64,000 nt of DNA from Haplodiscus bocki (GCA_965655095.1 OZ296650.1:108748001-108812000); one strand, 5' to 3'. Shown: positions 36,521 to 51,975, counted from the first letter of the stretch. Program-made: numbers and translations. The notes: generated from the sequence alone by a model not told the origin.

Positions 36521-39500
36521 CAAATCTCTCCCAAATCAGACATTAGTTTTTTCTCAAAAACATCTTAAAATTGAGAAATAAGAAATATTGAACTCAAAAC
36601 AACTTTGTTGAGAGTTAAGAAGGCATTTGAAACGAGATGGTTTCAGTTACCAATCGCACATGACCGTTGCCAACAAATATATCGCCCAAAAAGTACCTGG
36701 CTTGTCCAATTATGAGCGAAATTCATCCCACTGCTGATCTTGTGAGAGTTGTGAACGGTACAACAAGTAATGCGGGCCGACCGTATCAACCTGCCTGTTT
36801 GTCTGCCTAATAATGGCGAACCTCACGGATATTCTCCTGATAAAAGAGGCACAAAGGCATTCGAATTACTCAATTCGAATTTTATGCCATCGAAAAAAAA
36901 TCGATCGACTTTGCAAACTTCCTGAAAAACTAGCATTTTCTTAGACAGTAGAAAAACTCTTCGTTAATCATCTATCACATTCTCATGGACAAAAGATATT
37001 GTCAGTATGATTACATTCAAAACTCCACTTCTTTGAACAATTGCGTCTAACATCTGAACTCATACCAAGCCGTTTTATTGCAGACACTTCGACAATCAAA
37101 CAAAGTCTGTTCTATTGTAGGGAACGTTATTGTGCCGTCTGTTATCGCCTCACCTGACAAATTACTTGCTGTGCTTGGTTTTATAAATCGTTTGAACTAG
37201 GTTAAAAATTAGATGAAACCGCCTCGATACATTGGAAGTTGTGCTGCGGGTTAACTGAAAAAATCGATTTTATGTAAATGTAAGCACAGATGCGAAGCGT
37301 AGCTTTGCAAAGCTGGCAACTCACAAGAATCCAATCTTTTGATAAGTTGAAACAAAACGACTTTCCAGCAAGTCACACAAAAGCCAAAAATGTCTTTGAA
37401 AAAGTATGACAAAAGACTATCGAGAACACTTCACTAACCAAGAATTTGACGCTAAAGTTAACGAAAAAGTTCAGAATAAATTTTTTCCAATCGAAAAGCT
37501 TGAGAAAAAAATCCCGACAATTGCGCCAGTGTTGTTTTTATTGACGAAATTTTGTTCCAATTCTAAACACTTTCGAGAATAGTAGAAATCAAAGTTTCTC
37601 GGAACAATAGCACACTGCTTCCACGATTCCAACGAACAAGCGATCAAAAACTGGAAACGCTAGTAATACGAGCAGCACTGATTACACTTGGCAGCAAATG
37701 TTTGATGTATTATCGGAATCATTTCAAATTTTCACTTGTACTGAGATCTCATGCGACGCTATTCATGGTAATGCAATTCTCATCTTGCCCATACATGACA
37801 AAACATGAACGACGCCAGGGTCTTGCATGGGAAAATTACATGTTTGCAAACTGGGCAAACACGTTTTACAGGGGTTTAAACCGAAAAAATCTTACGTGCA
37901 GAAAACCGTCTCAGACACTGAGTTACCAAATCTGGCCGAGGGCGTAGAGAAATCAATCAATTTTGGGAACTCGAGTATTATTCAATATGTGCAGGAGCTG
38001 TGATTCATAGCGACTTCAATGCGACCTCATTTACAACAATCAGATAAACGAAAGTTGAGAAATTATGAAGGAATACTGGACTGCTAACCTCAAAAAGTCA
38101 CAGTGGGAACAACGGATGAACCCAAATGAGTCGAAATTAGATCAAACCCTTACGATACTCCCAATGCACCGGAATGGATTCTTGCGATGGCCAAATTCAT
38201 GCCAAGAGAATACATAAATATTCTCAATATGTAAAAATGGGTGGTTGTGATAACTGTGTCGTTCTTTCGGGAGGGGGGAAGCGTTCCAAGGGTTAGTTTA
38301 GACACGATCCGTTAGGCATTTGGAAGAGCAAAAAGATTCACGTTACTGGTCATGATAAAACGTTTTCTTCAACTCTTTCAATGGTTCATCTGCCGCTAGG
38401 TTCACTGCCATTGGATGACGTGTTCTCTGATCCAAGGTTCTCTGCCGAAAATGTTTTAACAGATTTATCAATAGCGTCTGGTCGTGCTAGCAAGCTTGTT
38501 GTCAACAGTAAATTTTTGAGTACACGTTCAGTAGCTTCGTTAACAAATTGTAAAAGTAATTGAGCACCATTCTCTGTTTGGCTGGTTTCAGTTATTGCAA
38601 TTGCACATGTTTTGTTAATATTTACACTATATCCGTTACTTTTAAGATTTGACTTTTTTTTCAGTTCTCAGTGGGTCTTCTTCATTTTTTCTCTCGGGAA
38701 CCCCTCGGGTTTCCTTCTTGCTATATGAACTTTTTGACAACCCAGTTTATTTGTGAACCTCAGGCCAGAAGAGATTGAGAAAGAATTAGATAACCACAAA
38801 AAACTGGGCGCAAATGAAAAAATAATGAAGCAGGAATAGTGTCCCGATAATGGAGGATTACGCAAAAACTAGCAGTTGATTTTCAGCAAGATACTTAGAA
38901 ATTGGATAGATTCTTGAGAAGATTGGGGGAATGAATGGCTGCAGGTACTAAAGTTCTGTCATGCTCGCACGAATGCAAACGTAACTGTATAAAATTGCTA
39001 ACTGTTTTAGCTTACATCCTATTATGAAGCCCTTAAATCTATTTATTATCATCCAAAACATACGAACTTACGCAGCTTTGTCGAAATGAAACACACAATG
39101 TATTCTTACATCCTTTCCAATGATGTGAACACGACTATGTAATTTTTAAACTCGTTGAAAGTTATGCTAAACAATCCTCACCTGGCAATAATCATGCTAC
39201 GCACCTGAATCCATATTTCAGAAAATCATTTGGAAGTGATATATAACGCACCTGATTTCACTAGAGGTAAGTGGTATTTCAGCACTTTTACTCAAAAAAG
39301 TAAGCCGTAACACACTTCAATCTAGCCACAGTTTTTTAAATTTTCAAGAGTCAATTTTTGAGAATGAGCCGTTTCACGCATCACTAAAATGCTATCGAAG
39401 CTAGTGAAAAAAATTTCACAATTGGGAAGAGAGCTATACTACGCATCACTTCGACGCGTTAAGCAGAAAACGCCTTAAAGTTCGATTATTGAAGTGAACC

Positions 39501-42500
39501 CTCACACATCTCACTCATATGTGTTGTTAAAAGTAACGAGTGTGAAGTTAATACCTTGTAGGTGTAGTCAGATTTTACTATTTAAAAAAACTCATCATCG
39601 ATAGTGAACCGTACCAAACCTCACTTTTGAGTGTCCAATGTGCACCGCGGCAGTAGTTCCATTTTGAAACTGAGCTATACCAGACCTCACTGTAATGCAA
39701 TTTTTTTTGAATAAGCGCGGGAACAGCCTCGAAGTCTGCTAAACGTAATGTCAGAATCATCTTAAGTTTTTTCATTGGAGGCTAAGTAAAGATGATCAAA
39801 GAGAGCGAACCGTACACAAGCTCTCTCCACTCAATCAAGCAAGTTACAACCAACGCTACTTGCAACATAAAGTATTGAAAAAATTATACAATGCAATTAG
39901 TGAGGCCATTATAGCACCATCCATACGGTCAAATCTTGCAGTTTAATTGTAAAATAAATTGTTGTATTAGAAACGCGACAAGTGCAGGAATCTTTGATAC
40001 AAGCTGGTGAAGCAAGTACAGGAGTGAAAGTGAGCTCCAATGAGAAGTATTGAAATCGTCATGTGACTTCTTAGCGTCTGCCTTAAGGGCAAAGCCCCTA
40101 CTCACTACAATACACATAATTTCGTTTTTCCGTAGTAACGTACACAGCCTCGTTCCACATCTGCCGCGAGCACATTGTCGTTTTCTGAGAATTCAAAAGC
40201 TGATTTCAGAGGTTTTCTGCCTTCCATTATTATTTTTTTCCATTCATGGTAAATGCAATTCCATGCATACATGGTATCTCAGTACGGGCAGTTATCAGGA
40301 TTTGGACTCGCTTTCTTTTAATTATCATGGTTCAAACTTCGGGAACCATCCTTGTTATAACCACGCCAGCTCGCTGACCATAAATAAAATCGTTTCTGGA
40401 TTTTCTTCATTGTGGTATCAAGAAAAGTAGTGCAAGGTTGTGCGTGAGGTTCCTTGTGATGTTTGGTTGTGTGGACTTCTAAATTTTTCCTATTATGGTG
40501 TAGTTCATGAGATTTTCTTCCTATTTTGACCAATGGTGGGGAAACTTGTTTTGACAAATTGACAGTTTCTGATCACGGTCAATTCTCAGTTTTTACCGGT
40601 AACGTTGAATCGTTTCGCAGGTGACTGAGCTGGAATTCCTTATAAAACGTGAAATGCTTTGCTTTTGAAGCAGATTTCGAGTTACTATAATGAATATAAT
40701 AGATACTCGTTGGACCAAAGTCTTGAAGCTTCCCAAGATGGATGTGAAAGAAGTGCTCGAACCGAGGAGACATTTTAAATTTATTTTTGTTTTCATCGTT
40801 CTTTTTATCGTGATCAATATTGTTAAATCATTACTGTTTTTGTTGGTAATGTTAATGTGAATTAATTTTCTTGGATTGGCATGAGTTTGCGCATTAGCAT
40901 TTAATTTTCCAAATACAGTTCGTGTCGTTCCACTACTTGTCGCTTGTCAGAGTCTTTCTTTATAAACTCGATGATCCGTGGTTTCGGATATTTATTTTCC
41001 GCAAGGTCAATATATGACAGCAGGCTGTTGATATACCACAATAAAATCAAAGATTCATCAATATTTACGATGTTCGTTGTAGAATTGATGCATCATTGAT
41101 GATATTGATGACAAAATTAATGAATCATCGATGTTACCAATGTGTTCTCGACTGGGGTGTTATTTTCCGTTGAAATTTTAGTTGCAAAGGAAAAAATCAA
41201 TTCAGTAGTGGAATTTTTCTCTTTCCCTGATTTTGCGAATGTCACGGATAATGCGTTGCAAACTGCAACGTACTTTGAAGGAAGCAAAGATGTGGTATCA
41301 TCGCGTTGGAATCATAAAATCTGTTTTAGAATGCATTCAGATAATTTTTTACATTTATTTTCAACTATTTGTCCCAAAAAGCAGTATTTTGTAACATTAA
41401 TTAGGGTTTTTTTGACAAAATTGACTTCTTTCTTGAACGTTCTCCATTTTTCAATCTGACCAGCAATTCGTATTTTTCACAACTTTGACGGATAAAAATC
41501 GACTTCCCAAGATTTTCGACTTTCCGAAAATCATGAAACATTTTTCTGTAAAAATCATTTATCAGTTCAAAGATGCTGTTCCTCAAAAATGCTTCCAACA
41601 CTTATAAGGTGTTTTTGCCGTGTCTTAAAGGACACAAAAAAATAATCCCAAAATCCGGAAAGTTTTGTTGCGTAAATAGTATATTCCAAGAATGCCAAAA
41701 AAATCAGCATTAATGATGTATTGATCCTTCTCTCTATTCAAGCTCAATTTATCCCATAAACTAGCACATGGACTGACTACCTTCTTCGAAAACTCACCTA
41801 CAGCTATTATTACTAGAATTTTAATCAAAAATGCTGTGGACTTCCTTTGTCTCATCGGTACGCAGATTACACAAAGAAGTGCATAGGACGATTATTCTTA
41901 TTCAGTTATCTTACGGACTAACAACCTTATTTCTTTCCTCAGAGTCTCAATTGACAATTTCATATTTTTGAAAAGAAAATCTGGATCATCAAAATCGGTT
42001 TCGCTTCCTGGAGCACTGACAGTCTGAAGATGCCAGAAAGGGCTACTGATGATGGTTTTTCTCGATAATCAAACTAAATTTTTAATGCAGAAATATCTGC
42101 TAGATTTCGTCCATCACAATGTCGATAGATTGCTAGGTTTTTCGTTATAAAAAGCTAATTCCTAGTTGGAAGGTTGTTTTCTTTGCATCAGAACCGTGGT
42201 AGGCCTGAAAAACCAAGAGGTTGCACCTTTTCACAACTTTCCGATAACCAAACTCAATTTTTCGAAATTTACCGTTCTTACTTCATCCATCGTATTCCAA
42301 AACTTCAGTTTCTAACTTGCAAGTTTTACTTCACATCAGTTTTGCCATCGTTGTAGCGTAATCTGGAGACTTGACTGCAGAAATTGTTGGGATTGATTGT
42401 GATTGGCTGCTCAGATTTTTGTAGCTTTCAAGTACTTTTTCGGTAAGCTGTTAGTTGTGTATAGTCAAACTTTTCAGATATCGCGTCATTGGCAAAAAAA

Positions 42501-45500
42501 CAAGGTTTTCCTCATTGCATTAAGATTTGGTATAGAAGTTTTCGATGCAGTGACTCATTGTCTACAAATTGAGACTCTTTCAAAAAACTCATTCATTTTT
42601 TGAAGTTTTCCAAGTTAGCCCAGGTACAAAACTTGCCAATTTGACCAAGTTCCACCTGCAAAAAAATCTTCTCAGTTCACAAATTGATAGCATGTACGCA
42701 ACATAAATATCACAGTTTTTCAAGCAAAATTGTGGTATCAGATTTTCGCAAGTACGTCAAGTCACTTGATGTTTCATCTCAAACGCTCAAGGACATCGAT
42801 TGGATTCCTTCGAGATGTTCTTGCACTACGTTATTGACATTCGGGCTACGTTATCATATTTTAGCGGCGCTCTTTTCCTAATATATAGGTGACATTGTCT
42901 GAGCTTCTTGGCAAAAAAACCGCCGATTTTCAATTTTCATTTAAAAATTGCTACGATAAGTGCGCATCGACGAATCTTAGAATGGTAGCGGCGGTATGGG
43001 CGTGCATATCAGCGATCTTGAAAAAACACAGGCGCTTCGCAGAAAAAGTTCGACCCTGGGGCTCAACACTTCCTTTCAGATGTGTATTCCAAAAAGACGA
43101 GACAAAGAACCAAAATGGCTCAACGACAATTCATCATTCTAATTTACTGAGAAGGCCTGATACTCTTGTCAAGTTTATGCGCAAGAAAAGGTAGAAAAAG
43201 TCAAACTCAAGCGAAGAAGTCATCTGACATAGGCATAGCGACAGAATAAGTTTTGGCTATCGAATAGCAAGACTATGACAAAAAGTTCTTTGGCACTAGT
43301 TGTTTCTTCATAATTCAAAATTTCTTCAAAGCCATCAAAAAACGTCATCTTTTTCACCTGAATATACCTAAAGGAAAAGAGAACAACAACTGATTTTGAA
43401 AAGCATCAAATGTTTAGTGAGTAGCTCCAATAAAATCTACACAGTTTCTTCATTAGTGGAAAAACATTGCGTATCTTGAACGGGGATCAAAAGAGTCTTT
43501 CTCTACAGCTCGTAAATTGAACAAGCCCTGAAGAACTTGGCAGAAAATGAAGCAAAACGGCCGGATGGCTGCATAAACCTTCACTTTTAAGAGCTGGCTC
43601 GTGCACTTCTACTTTTTTTGTTAATCAATAGCATTGCGCAAAACAATGCAATCTGGTTTACAAAACAGAAGTTGTTCTACTCCTGTTCGAAGAAAGAGCT
43701 GAGAGCAGCAAGCCAATTACTCTACACTGCAGCACATCAAAACTTCTAAAATCGTTACTTCTGATCAACTTATCAGAAACAAAGTATAACCTTTCCTCCG
43801 TCGCTTTTTCTAATGGAAAATGTCCAAATCAAGCAAATGACATATGCAAAATGAATCGTTTTGAAATCATAAGCGCAACCCCCGAAGGCTTGATGGGTTA
43901 GAGTTGCCCTTTTAAAAAAATCACCTGCTACACTCCACACGTATGTTTGCTTTGACAAGAAGATTATCACAGAGGGCAAGGGTTGTTGCGAGAGATTCTG
44001 CTGCTGAATTTGACGAATAAGTTTCTCAGTGCTTTTTGCCTTGTTCCACTCCATAAGATGCAATTTTTCTCTGAGTCTTCAGTCCCCCGTCTAACTTTAT
44101 CTCATTGGGCAGTGAACTTGATGTCAACATTGGTGTAGACTCCAGCAGTTATTCACAGCTTTTCTAGCATCTCGTTTTTTTTTTTGGAATTTGGAAAACC
44201 TGTCAAAGCCCTCTCATTTGTGTTGAGGAGACACCGCAAAGCTTTATAATGTCATAGGGATTATCGCATCTCGTGGAGGAGGTATGCGTGACTCAGAACT
44301 ACATCCTTCTTATCCTGCACAGTCCTGGAAAAACTGTGATTCAATGAGTCTGTTGGGTAACTAACAGACATGTTCATTCATGCGTCTGCAATCTCGGAAC
44401 ATAATGTTCAATGAATTAATTTTTGAGAAATTATTTCTTCATTTCGCACAACTTTTGAAAGCTTTAGCTTTCTACATGCTTACCAAGAATATAACATGTT
44501 TAACATGCTTTTTGCGTGTTTCAATTCATTAACTTCTGTCAGGTACTGGTTGAGAACGATTGAAAAAGTGATAGTTTTTAAACAAAATCAGGTAATAGTT
44601 TCCACTTGTTTCAGTTTGCTGACTTGGAAAACTTGAATTGCGAGCGTTTAAAAGCAACGAATGCCATAGTTCGGCTTATTTTTTCATTTTCGGTGGCCAT
44701 TTATGGGTAACCAAAAGAATTCTTTCCCACATTTCTGAAAGATTAGAATACAGACATGCTTGAACTCAGTTGTAGATTTCGGAAACATGAGTGTGGGTAC
44801 TGCTCATGGTAATTTTAGCAGTCCGACCCCGCGTGTGAAAATCTTGCAAGTTTAGTTTTTCGACTATGTTTCATTACCACTCCTGAGATGATATTTGAGA
44901 CCAACAAACTGCTCTGCTCTCATTTCGCACCTCGTCGCCTTCATTTTCGTTGTTGGTATTATTATTGATGGCCCAATTGTTGTACCAAAATTAATCTATG
45001 AGCCGTTTTTCAGGGCCATCAAATTGTGTTGCAAGGATTCACCAACAGCATAAACTGACAGCATTATAAATTTCCGTCGAAAAAAAGCTTTCGAAAGGAA
45101 AATATTCAATTCAGTAGCCGGAGTTTTTTTTCATTTCCGGAAACTGCCACTGCCAAGACGCGCAGACTTATGAGCGCTCATATTGCGGAACAGTTAGTGC
45201 CTTGAATATTACATACATGTGGGCACAACCGCGATTAGGAAGCCAAAGCCCGTTGTCGGCCATATTTTTTTTCCTTTTTTAAGATACTCGTTATCGCATC
45301 CTTACATTTTAATACCAGAAAACAGTGTTTATTCAAAAAAAATAGGGTTTTTGATAAGTGGGCTCTATTTCTCCCAAAAATTATTCATTTTCCGAAGTAT
45401 TTGAAGCAAATCGGGGTTTGTCGATTTCTATAAAAAAATCGGGAAAAAATTGATTTTCCAAAAAAGCCGAAAAAAATTAAAGGTCTATGAATCAGCTGAA

Positions 45501-45603
45501 AAAAAAAAACATTTAAAGCTGTATATCCTTGATTTTTTTTCCAAATTCCGGGTATCAGTTTTTTTCGCTACCTTGGATTCTCCGGTGTCAAATTAAATTT
45601 CCT

Positions 45604-45984
45604 TCAAAAAGTTTTCTCCTGGAACATGTCGTTCCGTGATTTCCAGATTGAAGAAATACTAAAAACTGCAAATAGTATTGAATTTCCTTTATGTTGCAAC
45701 TCTTCTTTCTCCAAAACCACAAACCTCATTTTTTTGAAGTAGGTCTCATTCATAAACTTTGTAAAGATACCAGAGTACTTCGTCGAAAATCTGCTAGTTT
45801 TGTGCTTTGCGTCACAATCTAGATTGTCCAAAGTTCCCGCAAATGCTAACCTTGTTGAAACATCTCGATATTCAAACTGTTTTTTCTCAATAACTACTGG
45901 TTTGAATTCACCCATCAAGTCCTGAGTCAAAAAATTGCACTTGTAGACAAGCAGTTGATTAAAAAACCCTTCGTTGTCTCCCAT
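45604..45984 (-). other. 126-aa ORF of unknown function with a decayed upstream paralogous segment
   Basis: GEFKPVVIEKKQFEYRDVS recurs as GKIKPVVIKKNDYEYRDMS at ~46390-46447 on the same strand. Confidence 0.4.
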
Positions 45985-48900
45985 GTGTCATGTGTTCCCG
46001 ATTGTCCAGAGTTTCCAAAAGAAGCTAGTTCAGATTTATCTCGATTTTCAAAATCTAAAAATCTCTTAAGCTAATTGTTTGACTCCTGATATCAGGATCG
46101 CAATCGGCAGCCTTAATTTGTGATAAATCATTCGATTAGGAAGTCATTGATGCTGCTCCTTGCAACAGAATCATAAGAATCCGAAAATTTCGAATAGTGG
46201 TGGTAACAACGCTTCATCCCGGTTTTCAGAATTCAATTTTCTCCATAACTACACGTTTACTTTTTGACGCCGAGGTGTCAATCAAAAAATTTACAAATTT
46301 TTGGGACAATTTGATGAGATTATCTTCAACTTTGATCCTTGCATCAAAATCCCTGTAGTCTGAAGTTTCCGAAAAACAGTACTAGTATTGACATATCTCG
46401 ATATTCATAATCATTTTTCTTGATAACTACCGGCTTGATTTTTCCTGGTAAAAAATGTCATTCAAAAAAACTACATTTGGATTTTAAGATGTGGTTGAAA
46501 TACATTCAGTTTGTTCCTTCCGTCCAAATCCCTACAGTCCCGGAAACTGAGAGATGTTATTAATATTGATTAATGTCGACGTTCAAAGAAATACCTCTCC
46601 GTAAATACAGGCTTGATTTCTTCCATCAAGGCCTCAATCCAATACTATACACCTGTACAGGGGAATTCACTTGAGGAGTCAAATTTTGTGTTCCTTGATT
46701 TAGAATTCTGATGATCCGATTATTCCAAAAAGAGCCACCAGTTTTGGTTCATCAAGAGAAGTAAAAACTTTTCCCCCGTGACCAGCTGCATGTTTTTTTC
46801 ATCAAGGTCTCAATAGCCAGACCATTAGATGCAGAAACTGTCTGATGTGAAAAAGCATTGATTTTGTTATGTGCGGGGGTATTCTGATAGTTCGAAACAG
46901 CCAACGAAGTGCTATTAGTTTTGATGGTTTTCCGGCACTCTAACTCTGAATTCTCCATAACTGGTCACTTTTTTTGTTGAGTCAATGTCCCAATTTAAAA
47001 CTTACCTTCGTTCCTAAACTACTCGAATAATTTTTAGTTTATATTGTTCCTTGCATTGAAATACGCATGGTCCTAGAGTGCCAAAATGCTCTCAATTTTG
47101 ACAAAGCTTCACATTTAAAATTTTTTGTCCATAACCACATGCTTGATCTATTCATCAAAGTCACAGTCAATATGCCTGCACTTTTTGAGGAGTGTTGAGT
47201 TGAAAAACTATCAAAACCATTGCTGCATTGAAATCCAGAAGTCTTCATAATTTGGCCGCTTCTCGATTATTAAATTCGTTTCTCTCTAAAAATTTTGATT
47301 TGAGTGTTTTCTTCAAGCTCTCAACTTAAAGTAATCCAATTTTTGTTCGAATATGCATTTATTACTCAGCACTGTTCGTCCATGAAGTGGAATCTTAAAG
47401 AACCAGATCTGTCAGAAAAGGCTGTTAGTCTTGAAGCGTTTCCTTGTTCAAACTAATATTTTTTAGTCTTACCTGCTCCATTCTTCCGTCAAAAATATAA
47501 ATAATAATAGCTCTTTTCTCCAGGCGTACTATTCGTTTCCGAAAGTCAAAGAAGTTGATTTCTACATCCCAATTGGAATCCCAATTGACCAAAAATGGCA
47601 ATGAGATATTAGTACTGCGATATGTCGTTCTTCAAAATTATCCTTCGCGAAAACCACAAATTGAACTTTCTATCAAGGTCTGAATTGACGACGATATGAA
47701 ATCAAACGTTTATCAGATGGAATTATCAGTGGCTTTCTCCCTTATATTGGATCATTGAGAGGCTGAACGTCCAAAAATGTCCAATTATGATTCTTCTTTT
47801 GTCGATTTCTAGACTCAAAAACATTCGAAGCTATCGCCTGGAATTCTTAGAACGAAGTCCCTATCGAGATATTCTTATGCCAAAATTGCGTTATTATTAA
47901 ACTTGATTGAGTGTATATTCGTTCACTTTTCTTATGCGCCACTTTGAAGGAAAATATCCTCTTGTTTTCGATGGGCTGTTAATGTAATTTTGTACCTGTA
48001 ACAATACTGAACTCTTTGTTAAAGGCGTAAAACGGAAATCCGTTAAAGAACACGGATTGGAGATATTCAGACACTTTTTTCATGAGAGATAACATCATGC
48101 GTCGTTACAAAAACGATTTTTGAAGAAACTACATGACCGGTCAAAACCAAAATAGGTTGCCCTCCTCAGCAAGTAGGCCCGATGTTTCTACTTGATTTTC
48201 TCACAGCTCCATAACTAGTCAATGGCCAAACGGTTGTTGTTTTTTTTCGGTTTTTCTGCGTGCTTTGTAATGGAATTTCTGGTTCTATCAAAATGTTGGT
48301 CTGCTTTTGCTTGAAAAAAAAATCAATTAGCACAGTTTTTGTAAGAGGACAAGAAAGTTGTTGGACAATCTATTTGGAGTAAAACGTTTTTCTATTAAAA
48401 AGTTTGGTCCAAACAACTAAATTTGAAAAAAACCATACATTCAGTGTAATGAATAACGTTTTATGTTGCTTCTAATTGAGTTTTGCCAAAGCACTGAAGG
48501 ACATTTCCTTAGAAACAATGACAGGGGAGAAATATACGAGTGTAGTGAGGGTAAGAGACTTCAGAAATGAAACTGGTACTGCAAAGGGGATGTTGCGTCT
48601 AATTCCTATTGTTCATTGATTAGAGGACCCAGCTAAAACTGTATCTCTGCGTAATACTCAAATCTCCCTGGCTTAAAACTTTTTCAACAACAGATTCATC
48701 TAAAACCATAAGAGTCTGAAAACAATATAAGAAGCAGAAGGTTTTCGAACTACATAGTTAATGTTCAAGATTATATTCAATTGATCATTTTTTTATCGGA
48801 CCTAATCTTTCTTGCATGCTGGTAGCAAATGAGGTTGTCAGCAAAGTCAGATCATTTATACATAAAAGGTATTAGTTTTCCCTAATTTTCTTTCCATCGT

Positions 48901-51900
48901 CCTGCTGGTAGATCAAAAACAGAAGAAGACATAGAAGCCTGGCTGGCAGTAATCCTAATGTAACAGCACGAGCTTTTCATTCAATTATAAAGACTCCAAC
49001 ACCTTGTGTTTTGTTTGCTAGATGCGAATCGTTAAGATGAGAAGAGTCCTTCTGGAGATTGTAGTGGTTCTGAAGTATTTTTTCCCGCCGAAAAATATGA
49101 AACTTTTACGTACATTGAAACAAATTGATGGTGAAAATGTCGAAAATCTTTTTACTAACATAGCAATTAACATTTTTCGAGAAGCTGCACAGTTGTGCTT
49201 CCACAAACGGATACATATTGATGCCGGGAAAAAAGTTTTCCGCTGGCATAAAAAAATTGCGTTCATCAAACAGTGAAACTTAAGGAAGAATGCTCAGTGG
49301 ACTATAGTTAACTACTGTATTCTGTGAGACAACTTTAAGCAGCGGAGCTACCAAAGATTGTTTCCAAAAATAGATTTTGTATTATGGGAGTGGGCATCTC
49401 GGATCCATGCTTCGAAGAATAAAGAAGAATTACAAACAGACGCTTTCAGATGAAACCAAGTCTGATAGCCTAATCCTTGAGTTTCGGATGAAATGATTGT
49501 ATGAGTAAGTCGCGTTCGTTCCGCATTAGGTAGCGGCGCAAGACTTTGAGGCCGACCTGCAGGTATAGTACAATATGGTGGATTTTGCCATGAAGCTTTT
49601 AGAGACCCAAGTAAGGGGCAACATCAAGATTTATCAACTTAACGTTATTACGTAACTTACCAATAACGTAGGAGGTTGTGTTCATTTGAATCAACCGTTT
49701 CAGGTTAAAACAAAACTGCTTGTTTTCTAAGGAATGACGGAGAGACCACAGTTTGGAAACTCATATCAGGGCTATTTTCGTGGGATTTGCCAAACTCATC
49801 GTGCGTGAAGACTAAAATGGTGTCGCCTGCATTTGTTATGCTATATTCTAACGTGCTACCTTCGACAAAGATAGGGATTCTGACAATTTGATTCAGTTGG
49901 AGCAATTTTGTGATTTGAGGAAAACAGCATTCGTTCACTTTCCGATTTTTCACTTTTTCACCTTTGACACCTTTGAACTGTGAGAGCACCCACAAGGTAA
50001 AAATGTCTTTCGGGGTAAATGCTCGTTTCTTTGTTATTTTGATAGTGTTTGACATATTAAGTCATGGAAGACTTCATGATCAGATATTATGTAAGGTTTT
50101 TAAAAACAGTAGAACTTTTTAACAATGAGTTGAATCAATGCATCAAGGCAACAATACCTGCTGAAGAGAGAACATTTATTCAAAAAATTCATGGCTGCGC
50201 CTTGATGAAAATGCTTCGTGGGATTATTTACCGCATCAAAAGGTTTTTAACCGATCTTTTCCAGCCTTCACATAAAAACATCTCAAGTGAACTAGTTCCT
50301 CTGTCAAAATAATTCAGTATTTTGATCGTTTGAGTCCGATAAAGTGTAATTGTCAAAAGTGAGCAGCTGGTGCAGACCTTTTTTTCCATCCCAGTTGGAA
50401 ACAGATTGGCAGTTTAAAACTAGAACCGAAAACACTGTTGTTCGCCATATATCAGATAGGTGTAGTGGCCGACATTTATGAAAGTACTGCAATTTTTCAA
50501 AGAAAAAAAACTTCTCTACAGAGATTCTCGCTGTTTATTTTTGTAGCAGTGCGCCAAAATTTTTTTGCAGTCTAGCATTCGGCACTGGGCAATTGTTTTT
50601 CCAAGTACACAAATTGCTCGTATTTCTGAACCAAAAGAGGTTCCTTCAATTCACGGACATTTCATTTTGACAAGTAACGGCCCGGGATGGTTTCTTTCTT
50701 TAAGCAGTTTGCTGATCGAATCCATTGAAATCTATTTCGACCTACTGAGCGCACGGTAGAATTTGATCTCAACGTGTACCTCCATTTCCAGGAACACCAT
50801 TGGCAATCATCAAGCACTCACTCATCTACGGAACAATAGGTAATTCTTAAGGTCGGAACAGTACAAGGTTTAGTGAAAATTCGTTCACGTTGCTCATTAA
50901 AAGACTGGTTGAACGATTTCTTTACATTCAGTTACTGATATCACAATCGCAGGATTAGGGCATCTTTATGACGTTTTCTCATTTCACATAGGTCACAAAA
51001 TATGTGCTCATTTTGTATTGAGTCGAGAAATCCAGGTTTGGCAAAGCACATCCACACAGGCATCCATAGATGGCAGTCATATTTCACCCAGCCTCTTACG
51101 TTGCCGTGCAACATACACCTCGTACATTTATCACCTTTGAATTTGCCGAGTAGCTTTCTACAATTGGATCAGTGACTACCATACACAGTAATAAAATTAT
51201 CCAATTTTACAAGATGTGCTTTCTTTTACATGGAGACCGGTTCTTCCCTCCTGCAGATTTTGTATTCCCCTTACTTAATTTCCAACTAGGCAGGCTTTCG
51301 AGGGTTGTTCATGGTGCCTCTTCTCTGTACAAGTGGGTCTTGCTTGCCAATTTCGTAGACTGCCTCGTCCAGGTTTGAGAAAACCGGGAAATTGACAGGT
51401 GCTGACAAGCTCCATTGACAAATATAAAAACAAAATCTATTCAGTTCATTTCATTGATTTCTACCTTAGGTACTCAGGTAACTCAAAAATGACATTTACA
51501 GTCCGAACATTAGCTGGGAACAATTATCTATTGCAATTTATAACGCATAATTCACTTGAAAAACAGGAGTTGTATTGTTGTTCAAAACTGGACCCGTATG
51601 TCTTCACTTGAACTACAGAAATAAGTGAGATACTCCACTTCCTACAGCATGGAATTTTATCAATTTGTTTTTCTTTTTCTTGGCTCTACTTGACGCGTTC
51701 CGAACAAAAACACTGTGTAGTGTTCGGAGTCAGATAGACAACCAAATTCTACTCAAACTATTCCACTGAATTAGTCTTAGAGATTTAATTCAACAGCGGA
51801 TCTTGCCTTCAAAAAAAACTTCTTCGCAGGCAATTCTTCCACTGGGTGGGATTTGGAAGAGTAGCTCAAATACTTTTAGCTCGCTTGTCAGAGTTCCAAT

Positions 51901-51975
51901 AAAACGCAAACTTTTTATTTATTCTCATATTTATGATATTTCAAGGGTGCCCATCCATTTGAACCAAACCCATCT

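Noticed and set aside
38268-38300. Polypurine tract suggesting the start of a 3' LTR
   Set aside because: No matching second LTR or pol motifs nearby.
42100-42240. Minus-strand KGATSWF...YRHCDGRNL resembling APS kinase
   Set aside because: No P-loop and the frames are broken; probably coincidental.
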